DNA of 64,000 bases from Camelus dromedarius. Lineage: Eukaryota. The stretch is from the NCBI RefSeq assembly GCF_036321535.1, contig NC_087462.1, positions 10,230,001-10,294,000 of the forward strand. The letters run 5' to 3'. Made by a program: the position numbers and the translations under genes. Of the stretch, positions 41,929 through 64,000 are shown piece after piece (the stretch's first letter is position 1; the number at the start of each line of letters is the position of its first letter). Below the pieces are notes generated by a model that saw only the letters and a list, made by a program, of their open reading frames with translations, made no database searches and was not told where the DNA came from.

Positions 41929-43089
41929 NNNNNNNNNNNNNNNNNNNNCCAATATGAGAAGTCTCCCTCCATCCCCAAACGCCCAAGCCCAGGCACAGGA
42001 TGGGGAGAATTTTAGAGTTCCCAGACAGGGACTAGTGTGCAGAGATTACACTTACCCATCAGGAGCCCCAGCACTAATGATGGGGCCCATGGCAGAGGGC
42101 GGGCCGTGACCTTGAAAAGCTAGAGGTTTCAGGGGAGGACCTCCAGAGGGAAGGGCATGGAGACACCCCTGCAGCCCCCTCCAGCAGGCCTGCTCCCGAG
42201 GTCTGGCTGTAACCTAAGCCCTACAGCTGTGCCAGGAGGGGTGACTGGCCGGCCCCACCCCCCATCATTCATGTTCCTCGGAACTCAGCCTCGCGGGCGC
42301 ACGTGCACACGCGGGTATGGTACTGCAGGGACGCGTGTCAGCAGTCCTCCTCCCAGACTCCCAGGCTGGGAGAGATCAGGCTGAAACAGGTTCATCACGT
42401 GATAAGAGCAGGGCGTGCACAAGCTCACGTGCACACAGCAGGGCACACACTCATCCATACACACTTGTGCATATATGAACATCGAACACAGTGCACAGGG
42501 TAGAGAGGCAGACAGCTGTCTGCACACCGATATGCATATACAAATGTGCAAACCCACTCATGAGCACTGAGTCCTCCACCCATGCAGCCGAGTACACGTC
42601 ACCTACACGAGCTCCCATCTCGGTGCATGTATGCACATGGCTGTGCACGCACACGCACAGTCCACGCTTCTCCCTCCACACGCATGCAGCACTTACAAAC
42701 TTGGGTAGGGACCCCTAAGGGGTCACACGAACATACCCTGGTACACAAGCAAGAGTACGCAGACTCGCCTGCACAGGCGGGCGCGCACACGCGTGTGCAC
42801 ACCACGCGCACGCGCACGCACGGAGCCTCCCGCGCGCACAGCTTCCCGCAAGGCATTTGCCTCCCCTCCCCCAACGCCGCAGAGCGAGGGGTTGGGGGTT
42901 GGGGTGGGGGTGAGGATCCAGCAGGCAGTGGGAGATAGGACCCTACCCTTCCCCAGGCCCGCGACCGCCGCTTCCTTTCCCCCATTTAAAGCCCGCTAAC
43001 CTCGTCCCCGATCCCAGCCAGACCATCAGTCAAATGAAGGTTATGTAGGTGCTCCGAGCAGAAACGCACCGGGCCGCCAGGGAGCTCAC

Positions 43090-43245
43090 CTTGCCCTGCA
43101 CTGGTGAGGTGACGACCCTAGCGACGGCGACTTTTTTGGCAGCGGTGGTTATCTGGCCCCCAGTGCGCCGATGTGGGGCTGCGCGGCAGCGGAGGCAGCG
43201 GCAGCAGCAGCTCAGGCCCCTGCAGTCCGCGGTGACGTCCTGCAA
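43090..43245 (-). other. RAB3A: RAB3A non-coding exon 1 (5' end approximate)
   Basis: Minus-strand donor GGGCAAG|GTGAG at 43090/43089; GC-rich, no ATG; CRE-like tgacgtc at 43233-43239. Confidence 0.75.
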
Positions 43246-43700
43246 AGATAGGGGCGGGGCCTCACATGCAGATACGACCGTGACGCAATTCTGGGGCGGG
43301 GCCACGCACGGAGCTAAGGCCCTGGTTGTCCGCGGAGCCTGAGGGGCGGGGCTCCCACGCAGATTGACGCGAGAATTGGGCGGGGCCCAGCGAGCGCATC
43401 CAGTAACAAGCGGAAGCGGTGCAGGGGGGGGTGGAATCGCCTGCCGGCTCCGCCTCTCTCCAGCGTTAGGGAGGCGGGGCTGCGCGGCGCCTTCTCACTG
43501 GCTTAAGCGCTCGAGCGATGGGCTGAGTAGCCAATCAAAGCTTGCCACTCCCTCCCCCTGTCCAATGGTGGTTCCCGAAAGATTGAAGGGCCGAGACCTT
43601 GGCAGAGCCTGGGTCTTCTGGGGGCGTTACCGTTCCCCGCCCCGCTCACCCCAGGTTAGAGACTCAAGAGTTTCCTGGCCCAGTCCAGGGTGTTGTGACT
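43230..43700 (-). promoter_or_regulatory. RAB3A CpG-island promoter
   Basis: Several GGGGCGGGG boxes (~43251, 43294, 43345, 43379), ccaat at ~43531, ETS-like cggaag. Confidence 0.7.
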
Positions 43701-46700
43701 TCTCGTTAAATACCCCCTATTCCCAGAAAATAGGAAGAGGTCCGAGAAGATGCTCCATGTCTCCTATTTATTGGGTTCAAAATAAATACCCTTACCCATC
43801 AATTTCCAGAAAAGAAGGGAGGGGCTGACGGACGCTCCGGGAACCCCTCTTCTTTCTGAGTCCCATTTTCCATATAAAAATTCGAAGAAATGGTGGAAGT
43901 AGGGCAGAGAAACGGCCTGTCCCCGAAATTCACAAAGCCTCCAGTAAAAAAAAAAAAAAAAAAAAACCAGGAAACAGAGAGGGTACGAGCGAGGCTCAAA
44001 GACTCAACAACAAAGACGCAGGATGGGAGATGCATTACTCCTCCCTGGTTACTGAGTTAAAAGACGGGAACGGAGAGCCCTCCCTCCTCCATCCTGGTGA
44101 AACAAGACTCAGAGATGGGGATTTTGGGGTCTAAGATGCTCCATCTTTCCCCCACCCAAATCTTGATATGAGAAAATCAGAATGGGGTGGGGGGCGGTGG
44201 AATAACGAGACCCTGTCCTCCATTCTAGGCCCCTGAGCCCCCAACTCCGGTCCTCACACCCGGCAAGTGGCGTATGGCCCCAGGAAAATTCTGATCTCCC
44301 TGATTGCTCCTCAGGAGACGAGGGGCGGGACTTGTCCTGTTTATAAAAAGCTCGCCAGCTGCAGAGGTGCCGAGAGACCAGAATAACTTCGCGCCCGGAG
44401 GCTGCCTCCCACCCCCGCCCCCAGCGCCCCGGAAGTGCGGAGACTTCCCTCCCGCTCTCCTTGCATTTGGGAAATCTATTTTTTTCTAAGGGTAACATTT
44501 TTTTTCCTCTCCCTCACTCGGACTATAAAAGCATCATAAACCCACTGCGGAGAACTGGGAAAACTCAGAAAATCATAATACATAAATATAAGTCCACCTC
44601 CAATCTCTTCCCCCATCCCCCCCGCCACGGGAAGACCAGCAGTCGAGTTCCCGCTTCGGGGTTGGGGTGGGGGGCCTCCAGGCGCGACCCGGGTGGAAGT
44701 GAGGGCGTGCGAGGCCGCTAGGCTCCAGGCTCCCCGACCTCCCAAATGCATGCTTTGGACTTTGTACATGGATGGATTTCCCGTAGGGTAAAAGACCACA
44801 ACAACATGCACCAGTTTCTGCACAAAGGAGTTTGTATTTTAAAATAAAAATAATGGAAGACCTTTATTGTTAAGAATCAGCATAAGGCTCTGGAATTAGG
44901 GGTGGTTGACTTGGGGGGAGGTCTCCTGTGTGGCAAGGGAAATAAAACCAAACACTCCCAGATCCCACCCCACTACCTCCCCATCTTTCTCTTCCAAGAT
45001 TCCAGATACAATCTTGCCTCAGGGCCTTTGCACCTGCTGTTTCCTCTGCCTGAGCTGTTCCCCAGCTCTCCCTGTGCCTGGCTCTTTCATCCCCTTCAGG
45101 TCTCCAATCAACACCACCTCCCTCCAGAAGTTCTGATTTCACCCTGTCACCTCCTATCGTGTCACCATATTTCTCCTTCCTAACACATCCCCCCATCAGA
45201 AATGATCATGCTGACTTACTTATCCAATAGCCAGCTGTGGGCTCTGAGGGGCAGGGATCAGCATCCCCAGCACCTGCATCTGTGGACACAGTAAGTGCCC
45301 TGTGATGGTATGACATGAGTGAATGAATAAGTGATTGGAGGGAGGGTGACTTTCGCCAAAGAGATTAGGGAAGACCTCTCTGAGGAACTGACATTTGAGC
45401 AGGAACCGGAAGGAGGAGAAGGAGCTGACCACCAGGAGAAGCGGGGAAACAGAGCTCCAGACAGAGGGAACAGCAAGTGCAAAGGCCCTGAGGCTGGAAC
45501 TCACTAAACAAGCTCTAGGGACAGCCCCTCTCCAACTCTGTAAGGAAGGGGGCCAGGCAACAGTTTCTCCCTCAACAGAAGGCAAACTGAGGCCCTAGGA
45601 GTCACCCTAGGTCACAAGGGCTGAAAGTTTCCAGGGACCCTGAAGACCCTCTCCTACCTTCCTCTTTGGGTCAAGGATGGGCCACAAAGGTAAGGACTAT
45701 GTCCCTCAGGAAGGACCCTAAACAAGAAAATGGGGCACTTGGAGAATGTGAGTGATTTCTTCTTACTCACCCCTTCTGTGGGCCTCAGTTTCTACATCTG
45801 TGAAATGGAAAGAAGAAAGAGTTGATACCTCAGAGCTCAGTGCCCAGCTCAGGACACAGTTTCCTCAAATGTGACCCATTGTTACAATTCTGTGATCCTC
45901 ACAAAGAGCCCATTTTACATTTTATCCATGAAATGACAAAAGCTCAGGGAGGTTAAGTCTACCTCTGAAGATCACAGCCTGGAGAGGATGGTAGACATGA
46001 AACAAAGAATCCCAAAGAACTTCCACAAGTGCCAGCCTGGGTTGGAAGGTGGAGGGTCAGGAAGGACTTCCTGGAGGAGGGGATGCTGAGGTGAGACCCA
46101 AAGGGTGAGGATGAGTGAAAGGATATGTATTCCAGGTGGTGGGTACAGCATGTGCAAAGGGCCTGAGGTGGGACTGTGCTTGGAGTGTTAAAAGCCAGCA
46201 TAGGGTAGAGTGCAGTCAGTAAAGGAGAGAGGCAAGAATGCCTGTGGCCCAAATCGAAGGAGAACAGAAGAACGTTTTTATGAATGGGTGGAGAAAAAAT
46301 GGTGAAAAGCTGAAAGATGATCAATGGTTGAAGTACAGCAGAATTTTGTTTTCTTCTGGTTCCATTATTATGTTTCCATTATTTCCAAATTCTCTGTGGG
46401 AAACATGTAGTACCTGCAAGTAAAGGGGGAAGGATAAAAAATTATAAATAAAAATTCCATAAATCTCTGCCTTGTGAAAGACTGGAAGGAAATGCACCAA
46501 GTTATAATCCAGATGACCTTTAATTCTCCCTCTGTGGAATCTGATCATTAATTGTAATGATGATGAATGATCAATGGAATGGAATTATTAATGGAATTAT
46601 TTAGGAATGAAGCCTGCTGTTCTTGAAGCCAGGGGTTGTGATGACTTGTGTCGTGTATAAATCCTCAGACATGCAGAGAGGGAGGCTGGGGGCGCGGGGA

Positions 46701-46875
46701 GGGAGGCTGGGGGTGGGGGATCCTGAGTCCTCCGGAAGTGGGAATTGAACCTGAGACTTGAGCACAGAGCCGCCTCATTTTCTTGGGATGAGCTGGGCCA
46801 AGCCGGCCGGAGAGGGACTTCCAGCAAGGCAAGGAGGACGTCCGAATTCGTCCCACGTCCCCTCTGCGCCTCCCG

Positions 46876-46889
46876 CCGCAAGGGGGCGC
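46876..46889 (+). promoter_or_regulatory. CTCF consensus site between the RAB3A promoter and the PDE4C stop
   Basis: CCGCAAGGGGGCGC in a small CpG patch. Confidence 0.55.
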
Positions 46890-47949
46890 CACTGGCTAAT
46901 GTCTGGGGCCCAGCTGCATGGCCTTGAGACCTCAGGCAACCGGACCTCTCTGCTCCTGTTTCCCCATCCGTGAAATGGCATAGTACTAATTTGGGGTAAT
47001 AGTTTATTTAACCTCAGAGAATCCCCCACATTTCTAAGATATTTCAGGGAGGTCACAGACACCACCCTCCAATCAAAGTTTACCCAAGTATTAGGATCTG
47101 GCCGTAGAGGGGAAAGAAGGGGCTTCCTTTTCCCTATGGGGAGATTGGGACAGCCTCAATCAGGAGATGGAGAGAACTTCCATGGGGGAGAATTCTGTGC
47201 TTCTGTTGCTGTTCTAGAAGAGGAAGAACGTGTGAAGGAATCAGCAGGGGGTCCTGGGGCCAGGGAGAACCAGGATCCTTAGACCTGAAGACAGAAACTA
47301 TGGCGACTTAAAGCAACAGTCAGTCAGTGCACAAGCAGTGACAAGCTGAGTCAGTCTTCAGAGACAATCCCTGACACAGAGCCCTCTCTTTCTTGGCCCC
47401 CTACCGCCCTCCACCAGAGTTCCAGAGCCCAAATTGGGTCTGGACAAAGATTTGGTGGTGGAAATTCCCCCATTCAAGTTCTTGTTCTCTTGCAATGAGC
47501 TGCCTGGCAGATGAAGGGGAGGCGTCTCGGGGAGGGGGCATCTCCTTGGGGCTGATTCCCCACCCTCTTTTGCAGGCACATAACAGGCACACAATGGGTA
47601 TCCAGAAAATATCTGTAAAGAATGAAACAATAAAGTGATGGAAGTGGCTCTAGTGACCACTGGAGAAGATGGACAAGGGGCCTGGCAGACAACCCTTTTC
47701 TATACCAGTGGTGGAAATCCAGGTGGGAGAACTCAAGGGCCCTGGAAGAGGCTGCCTCCAGTCCAGCTCCTTGGAGAGCTCTCTCAGCCAAGCCCAGGGT
47801 CAGAGTGGACCCCACTAGGTGCCTCCAATTCAGCCCTAAGAACTGCCTATTACTGAAAGCTTGGTTGTCTCCCTCAATGGGTGGGAAAGGCAAAGCGGGG
47901 GCCACCTGGGACTTATTCCTGGGAAAGTCCACCCACCCACCAGGAGCCA

Positions 47950-58330
<10,381 letters not shown>

Positions 58331-58480
58331 CGCCAAGACCGCGTGGAGGCTGGAGGCTGGACTCAGGGCGGACTGCGCGGGACCTTTTCTGGACAGCCAC
58401 GGGGGCGGGGCCCGGCGGGGAGAGGGCAGAAGGCGCACCAGTCCCGCCTCGCCGCCGTTGGACCGCTCAGGGACGCCCCC
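58331..58480 (-). promoter_or_regulatory. GC-rich 5'UTR/promoter of the MQGPP PDE4C first exon
   Basis: CpG-rich stretch with GC boxes directly upstream of the ATG at 58330-58328. Confidence 0.55.
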
Positions 58481-59879
58481 GCTAGGACAAATGGGGAAAC
58501 TGAGGCAATGGGCTAGCCTCGATTCTCTGCTCCCACTCTTTATGGGGCCCAGAAACCACTTCCCTCTGTCAGCATATCCCCTATTACTACGGCTTGCTCA
58601 TCTGATAACTGGGCTGAAAAGTGATATACGGAAGTTAGAAAAGGAAGTGCCCTCCGCTACAAGGGAGTCACCGTGGCACAGAGCTTGTGGAGGGGCTGCC
58701 CAGATCCTACACAGTTGCTTGCAATCCCCCTCTATCCATTTTCCAGATGGAGAAACTGAGGCCTGAGCCACCAAGGGGCTGCCTAGAAACTACAAAACCT
58801 TCATCCTTTACCAGATGGGGAAACTGAGGCTTGGAGAAAGGTGGTGGCAGATGCAAGTCTTCATGGCAGGGCAGCTCCCCCTCTCTCAGTCTCCCTCCAC
58901 AAGTCCCCACGTGGCCCCCGACCTGCTCTGACATTCCCCAGGTCCTGTCTCTGGATCCCTTCTCCTGTCCTGCTGTCTCCACCGGACAAACATCCGCACT
59001 CCACTCCCGCCAGGCCTTCCGTCCTGTGAAGCTTCACCTGCCACCCCACCCCCACCCCAGGAAGGACCCCTGGAAAGGGAAGTCTTGTTTCTGGTGTCTA
59101 GGGGTTCAGGGATCTGTACCAGGTGGCCTACAATTGGAATGCTGGTGTCAGGTGGTCCTGCCTCATTTTTCAAAAAGGGAAGCCAAGTCTTGAAGAACAT
59201 CACATTTGGAGGTAGGATCCAGGACACTCACATCTCAGGCAGAAGCAACCAAAGCCCAGGGTGGGTGGGCCTCCCATCTGAGACCACACAGAAGCTGTGG
59301 GCCCGAGTGTCCTGCTGTGGAATGACAACCCCCTGTTTGGGCCTTACCCCAGGGGACTGCACCAGTTTTGGGGTCCTCAGACAAATGCCACCCACATTTC
59401 TGGCAATCCTAAGGTGACATGAAATACCATTTTGGGGGATAGGGGCTTCAATGGGAGACCCTAAGGCACCGCAGGGAGGAGACTCTGACCCTCTGTGACA
59501 TCTCAAGCACACTATGGTCCTCGTTGTATAGATGAGAAAACAGAGGCCCAGAGAAGGGTCACACTGGGGCCCAGGAAGACAGAGAGTCTCAAGGGTCTGG
59601 CTGGGAACCCCCTTCTGTCCCCACAGCCCTGCAACCGGACACCTGGTGGGAATCAGACTGTCCCCAAGACAAAAATACCATCTGTAGCTGCTGTGGCTGG
59701 ACCTAATTATAGCTGGTCCCCAAGGGATAGAGGCCGCCAGGACGGGCCTGGTGGAGAGACTGGGGCTGGGTCCAAGGAACCTTGACACCACCCCAGCCCC
59801 ATGGGAGAGGCTCACAATGCTCTCATGTCCCCAAGGAGAAACTGAGGCACAGAGAGATTCAATCCCTCTCCTGAATTCA

Positions 59880-60890
59880 CAAACATAAAACAGAAGGTTA
59901 AGACTAAATATATGATATATGTATAACTGAATCGCTTTGCTGTACACCTGAAAATAACATTGTAAATTGGCTACACTTCGATAAAAAATTAGGATTAGAA
60001 AAAAAAGACTAGCAAAACAAAAAGACATCCTACAGAATGGGAGAAAATATTTGCAAATGATGCAATTGACAAGGGCTTAATTTCCAGGATATATAAACAG
60101 CTCATACAGCTTAATAACAAAAAAACCCCACAACCTAATCAAAAATGGACAGAGGACCTAAACAAGCAATTCTCCAATGAAGACATACAAATGGCCAGAA
60201 GGCACATAAAAAAATGTTCAATAGCACTAATTATGAGGAAAATACAAATGAAAATTACAATGAGGTGTTACTTCACACCAGTCAGAATGGTCATCATTAA
60301 AAAGTCCACAAATGATAAATGCTGGAGAGGATGTGGAGAAAAGGGGACTCTCTTACCCTGCTGACAGGAATGTAATTTGGTGCAGCCATTATGGAAAACA
60401 GTACGGAGATGCCTCAAAAAATTAAAAATAGACTTGCCATATGATCCAGCAATCCCACTCCTGGGCATATATCCAGAGGAAACTCTAACTTGAAANNNNN
60501 NNNNNNNNNNNNNNNNNNNNNNNNNNNNNNNNNNNNNNNNNNNNNNNNNNNNNNNNNNNNNNNNNNNNNNNNNNNNNNNNNNNNNNNNNNNNNNNNNNNN
60601 NNNNNNNNNNNNNNNNNNNNNNNNNNNNNNNNNNNNNNNNNNNNNNNNNNNNNNTTTGCAGCAGCATTGATGGACCTGGAGATCATCATTCTAAGTGAAG
60701 TAAGCCAGAAAGAAAGAAAAATACCATATGATATCACTCATATGTGGAATCTAAAAAAGAAAGAATGAAATGAACTTATTTACAAAAGAGAAACAGACTC
60801 ACAGACATAGAAGACAAACTTGTGGTTACCAGTGGGGAAAGTGAGTGAGAAGAGACAAACTGGGAGTTCAGAATTTGCAGATACTAACTA
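59880..60890 (+). mobile_element. LINE-1 fragments (ORF2 C-terminus and 3' end), antisense to PDE4C
   Basis: cagaatgggagaaaatatttgcaaa...gaagacatacaaatggcc...gatgtggagaaaaggggactc...gatccagcaatcccactcctgggcatatatcc...ctaagtgaagtaagccaga. Confidence 0.9.
60496..60654. other. Assembly gap (159 N) inside the L1
   Basis: Run of N. Confidence 1.
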
Positions 60891-60891
60891 C

Positions 60892-60895
60892 TATA

Positions 60896-60981
<86 letters not shown>
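60892..60981. repeat. (TA)n followed by (CA)n microsatellite
   Basis: Long TA run with one G interruption, then acacacacac. Confidence 0.95.
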
Positions 60982-61094
60982 GTATGTATATACAAACACA
61001 TGGATACAAACTGAGCCCTTCCTGCTCTCCTAGTGCTGAGCCAAAATCTGTGCATGTAAAAACCTTTTGATTTTTGGAACAACTCTATAAAGTG

Positions 61095-61215
61095 GGGACT
61101 GTCATTCCCATTTTTTGTATGGGGAAACTGAGGCACAGAGAGGTGTATTCATTGCCTGAGATCACACAGGCACTAGTGGGAGGGCTGGGGTCATTCAAGC
61201 CTAGGCTGCCAGGTT
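61095..61215. mobile_element. MIR SINE remnant
   Basis: cccattttttgtatggggaaactgaggcacagagagg...gcctgagatcacacag. Many other MIR/L2 remnants in the window were not delimited. Confidence 0.7.
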
Positions 61216-63654
61216 CCCCAGCCTGTGCCGTCTCCCACTTAATGCTTAGCTGGCTCCATCCCCTCTGCAGTCCCAGACACTACTCTGACATTAATGTTTT
61301 ATCAATAGTTTTAATATTAATGTTTCATTAAAAGATTCAACTTTAAATATTTTATAACCAGTTTTAACAGTAATGCATTGTTAATAATAGCTTTTTGGAT
61401 GGAGAAACTGAGCCACAGAGTCAAGACTCAGCATTCAAAGCCTGGCCTGCCTGACCCTGGGAGGCCTCAAGCTTCACCCAGAAAGGAGCAGAGGATAAAG
61501 AAGGGGTTGACATGATTTTGTCTCATCCTGACTTTGTCCCTGCATGCTGTGTGATCTGAGGAGGTGCCCAACAGTCTCTAGGGCCCTTAGCACATCAATA
61601 TCTCTCAATTCCCCCCTTTTCAGCCTCTCTTCCCCGGGCAAGCACCTGTCTCCTCCACTATCAGGTGGCCCCAGTGAGACAGGAGGTGTGTGCTATTATG
61701 CCCATTTTACAGACAAGTATACTGGGATCTGGAGAGGAGAGATGACTTGCCTAAGTCCTTGTGAAGAATCTTGATAGAGAGAGGAGGCTGGAGGCTGAGT
61801 CCCAGATGAAGATTCTCACATGTGCCAAATCTCACCCTTCTCTGCTCCAGGTCCTCCTTTGGCTCCCCATTGCCCTCACTTCTGAATCCACACCTCCCTG
61901 GAGGACCTGAGTGGCCTGACCCCTGCTTGCCTCCCCATCCCCCTCTTCTTGGCTCACTCTGCTCCAGCCTCATCACCCCCACCCAACTCCTTGTTTTTTT
62001 GAAGTAGCCAGGGTCATCCCACCCCATGCCCTTGCCTGAATGCTCTTCCCCTGCTGACTCTTTGTCTTTTGGTTCACAGCTGGAGTATAATCCCCTCCAG
62101 GAAGCCCTCCCTGACCAGCTGAGTAAATATCCTTAGAGCACCCTCCTTTCACTGGTACAATTTCACATTTACTGTCATGATTATTTGATCTATGTCTGCC
62201 TCACCCTACAGCCCCTTAAGGGCATGACCAGGTCTGCCTTGCTTCCAGCTGTGCCCTCAGTGCCCAGCACTCAGTAGATGCTCAATAAATGCTTTTGCAA
62301 TAAATATAGAGCCTCCCCCTCCACCTTTCAACTACATTGATCTGTGTTCAGCTCCTCATACACCCTGATCCTCTTGAGTCTGAGGCTTTCAACATTTTAT
62401 TCCTTCTGCTTGGCATACCCTTCCCTGCACTCCTCCCGGCTGACTTCATCCTTCAGGCTAAGCTTAAATATCATTTCTTCCAAGCAGTCCTTCCTCACCC
62501 TCTATCCCCAGATGCTGGCTCAGAACTTCCTCTGGGCTCCATGGCACACAGATCTCTCGCCATCACAGCACAGATCATTCTGTGTTGTCTCCAGCTGGTA
62601 TGAGTCTGTCTCCACCATTACCCTATGAGCACCTACTTGCCCTTGGGCTGTGTCCCCAGCACAGGGCCTGACACACAATAGGTGTTAAATAAATGCTTGC
62701 TGAACAAGATGCTCAGATCCTCCCAGACTCACGTGATCTGCCTAGGGTGGTGGGGAAGACAGCCATATCTGGTGACTATGCTCTGGCACAGAAAGTTCAC
62801 AACAAAATGCAGAAAGTATGAGTTTGTGTTTGCATCTCACTGATGACACTGAGGCTCAGGGAAGCACCACCACTTGCTTGGGAGTGTTTAGTACATTGGC
62901 TTCGAACCTAGTTTCCCCAAGAGCTGAGCCTCTCCCACCACATCTGCATATATATGCACAGGCAGGACACATACACACAGACATGCTCACAGGGACACAA
63001 TCCACCACTCCTGCCTTCCAGAGCCACTTGGCTCTCCCCCCAGATGGGCCCAAACCCAGTCTTTGTTTGTTCTTTCTTGAAGATGGAAAATCATGAGTCA
63101 CCAGGAGAGAGGGCAGGAGGAACTGAGGGGTGGGGGCAAGGGGCCTGCTGGGTCACCTGGGAAAACTCCAACCCTTCTGGGCTGTGGGGCCCATCTGTCC
63201 CGGACACCAACAGGGCTGCTGGAGGGCCAGGCTGGGGGCATTAAGCTAGGCTTGTTGATTAAGTAAGAAGCCAGTGGCCATGGTAGGTCCGTGGACCGGG
63301 GCAGGAAAAAAATACAGAGAGGAATGTGACTCACCCAAGTTCACCCAGCCTGCCCTCAAACCCTGGGTTCTAAGTCTGGTTTGATTTAGCTCCCCCTCCA
63401 ATCCAAGGAGGGCCTGGGACTCCTGGACTTGCTCCTCTGCCACACTGAGGACCCTCTGTTCCCTCAAATGCCCCTGTTTCTCTGTGTTTTTCTTCTGTCT
63501 TTGTCTTATTCTGCCCCACTCCCCCAGTTTATATGAAACAGGAGCAGCCCGTCTCCCATCACTACTCCCCTCTTTTCCATCCCATTCTTTCTTATGTGGA
63601 AGAAACATTCTGTGCTCAGGGTCCCCAAGAGGCTTTCCTTCTGGCAGCAGGAAA

Positions 63655-63657
<3 letters not shown>

Positions 63658-63690
<33 letters not shown>
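63658..63690. repeat. (GT)n microsatellite
   Basis: Uninterrupted GT run of about 16 units. Confidence 0.95.
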
Positions 63691-63691
<1 letters not shown>

Positions 63692-64000
63692 CAGGAGAGG
63701 CTACAGAGGAGGCTCCTCCCCACAGCAGAGCAGACAGCCGGCCCTGGCCTCCTCATTTACCCAACCCAAGCTCCCCTCAAATGCTCTCAGTGGTCACAAA
63801 CTCCACAAACATCCAAGGACACTCCAGGGTCTGGAGGACCCTTGGGCAACCAACTGGGACAGAGCATGGACAGTCACTTCCAGCCACCCACATGGGCACC
63901 ACAAGATGAAATATGCAAGCAGGTACATAACTGGTATACACACATCCCATCACCCACAGAGACACAGCTGTGGACTCATACAATAGATTAGAGCGCACAC

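Noticed and set aside
46545-46610. AATGG/AATGA-rich stretch resembling satellite DNA
   Set aside because: Only a few degenerate units; ordinary low-complexity sequence.
59228-60028. 266-aa minus-strand ORF
   Set aside because: Composite of antisense L1 3' end, MIR and unique intron; no coding signature.
63246-63340. Strong minus-strand donor (GG|GTGAGT at ~63333) as a possible extra PDE4C exon
   Set aside because: No matching acceptor, start or recognisable PDE4C coding sequence could be supported.

Overview
Mammalian genomic DNA with the conserved gene order MAST3(+, 5'-partial) - PIK3R2(+) - IFI30(+) - MPV17L2(+) - RAB3A(-) - PDE4C(-), syntenic with human 19p13.11. Four copies of a tRNA-Ala-like SINE resembling camelid Vic-1, and no Alu, B1/B2, Bov-tA or PRE1 that I could see, suggest a camelid (inference). 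I traced every visible coding exon by GT-AG boundaries and frame. All six genes look intact, but the RAB3A start codon falls in an N gap. I found no new protein-coding system; the long non-genic ORFs in the track look like GC-rich or repeat-derived artefacts. The best leads are regulatory or lineage-specific: (1) a cluster of TCGG-N3-TTTCCGGAA sites matching the DEAF1 consensus in the PIK3R2 promoter, plus a second 10-bp-phased TCGG array next to a perfect CRE inside PDE4C; (2) a CCAAT-box array with exact 51-bp spacing at MPV17L2; (3) a perfect 36-nt U2 5' fragment with flanking direct repeats, antisense within a PDE4C intron; (4) a weakened miR-126 site in the PIK3R2 3'UTR; (5) apparent protein-level changes versus human in PDE4C and MPV17L2. 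Human comparisons and repeat-family names come from memory, not database searches, and need alignment to confirm.
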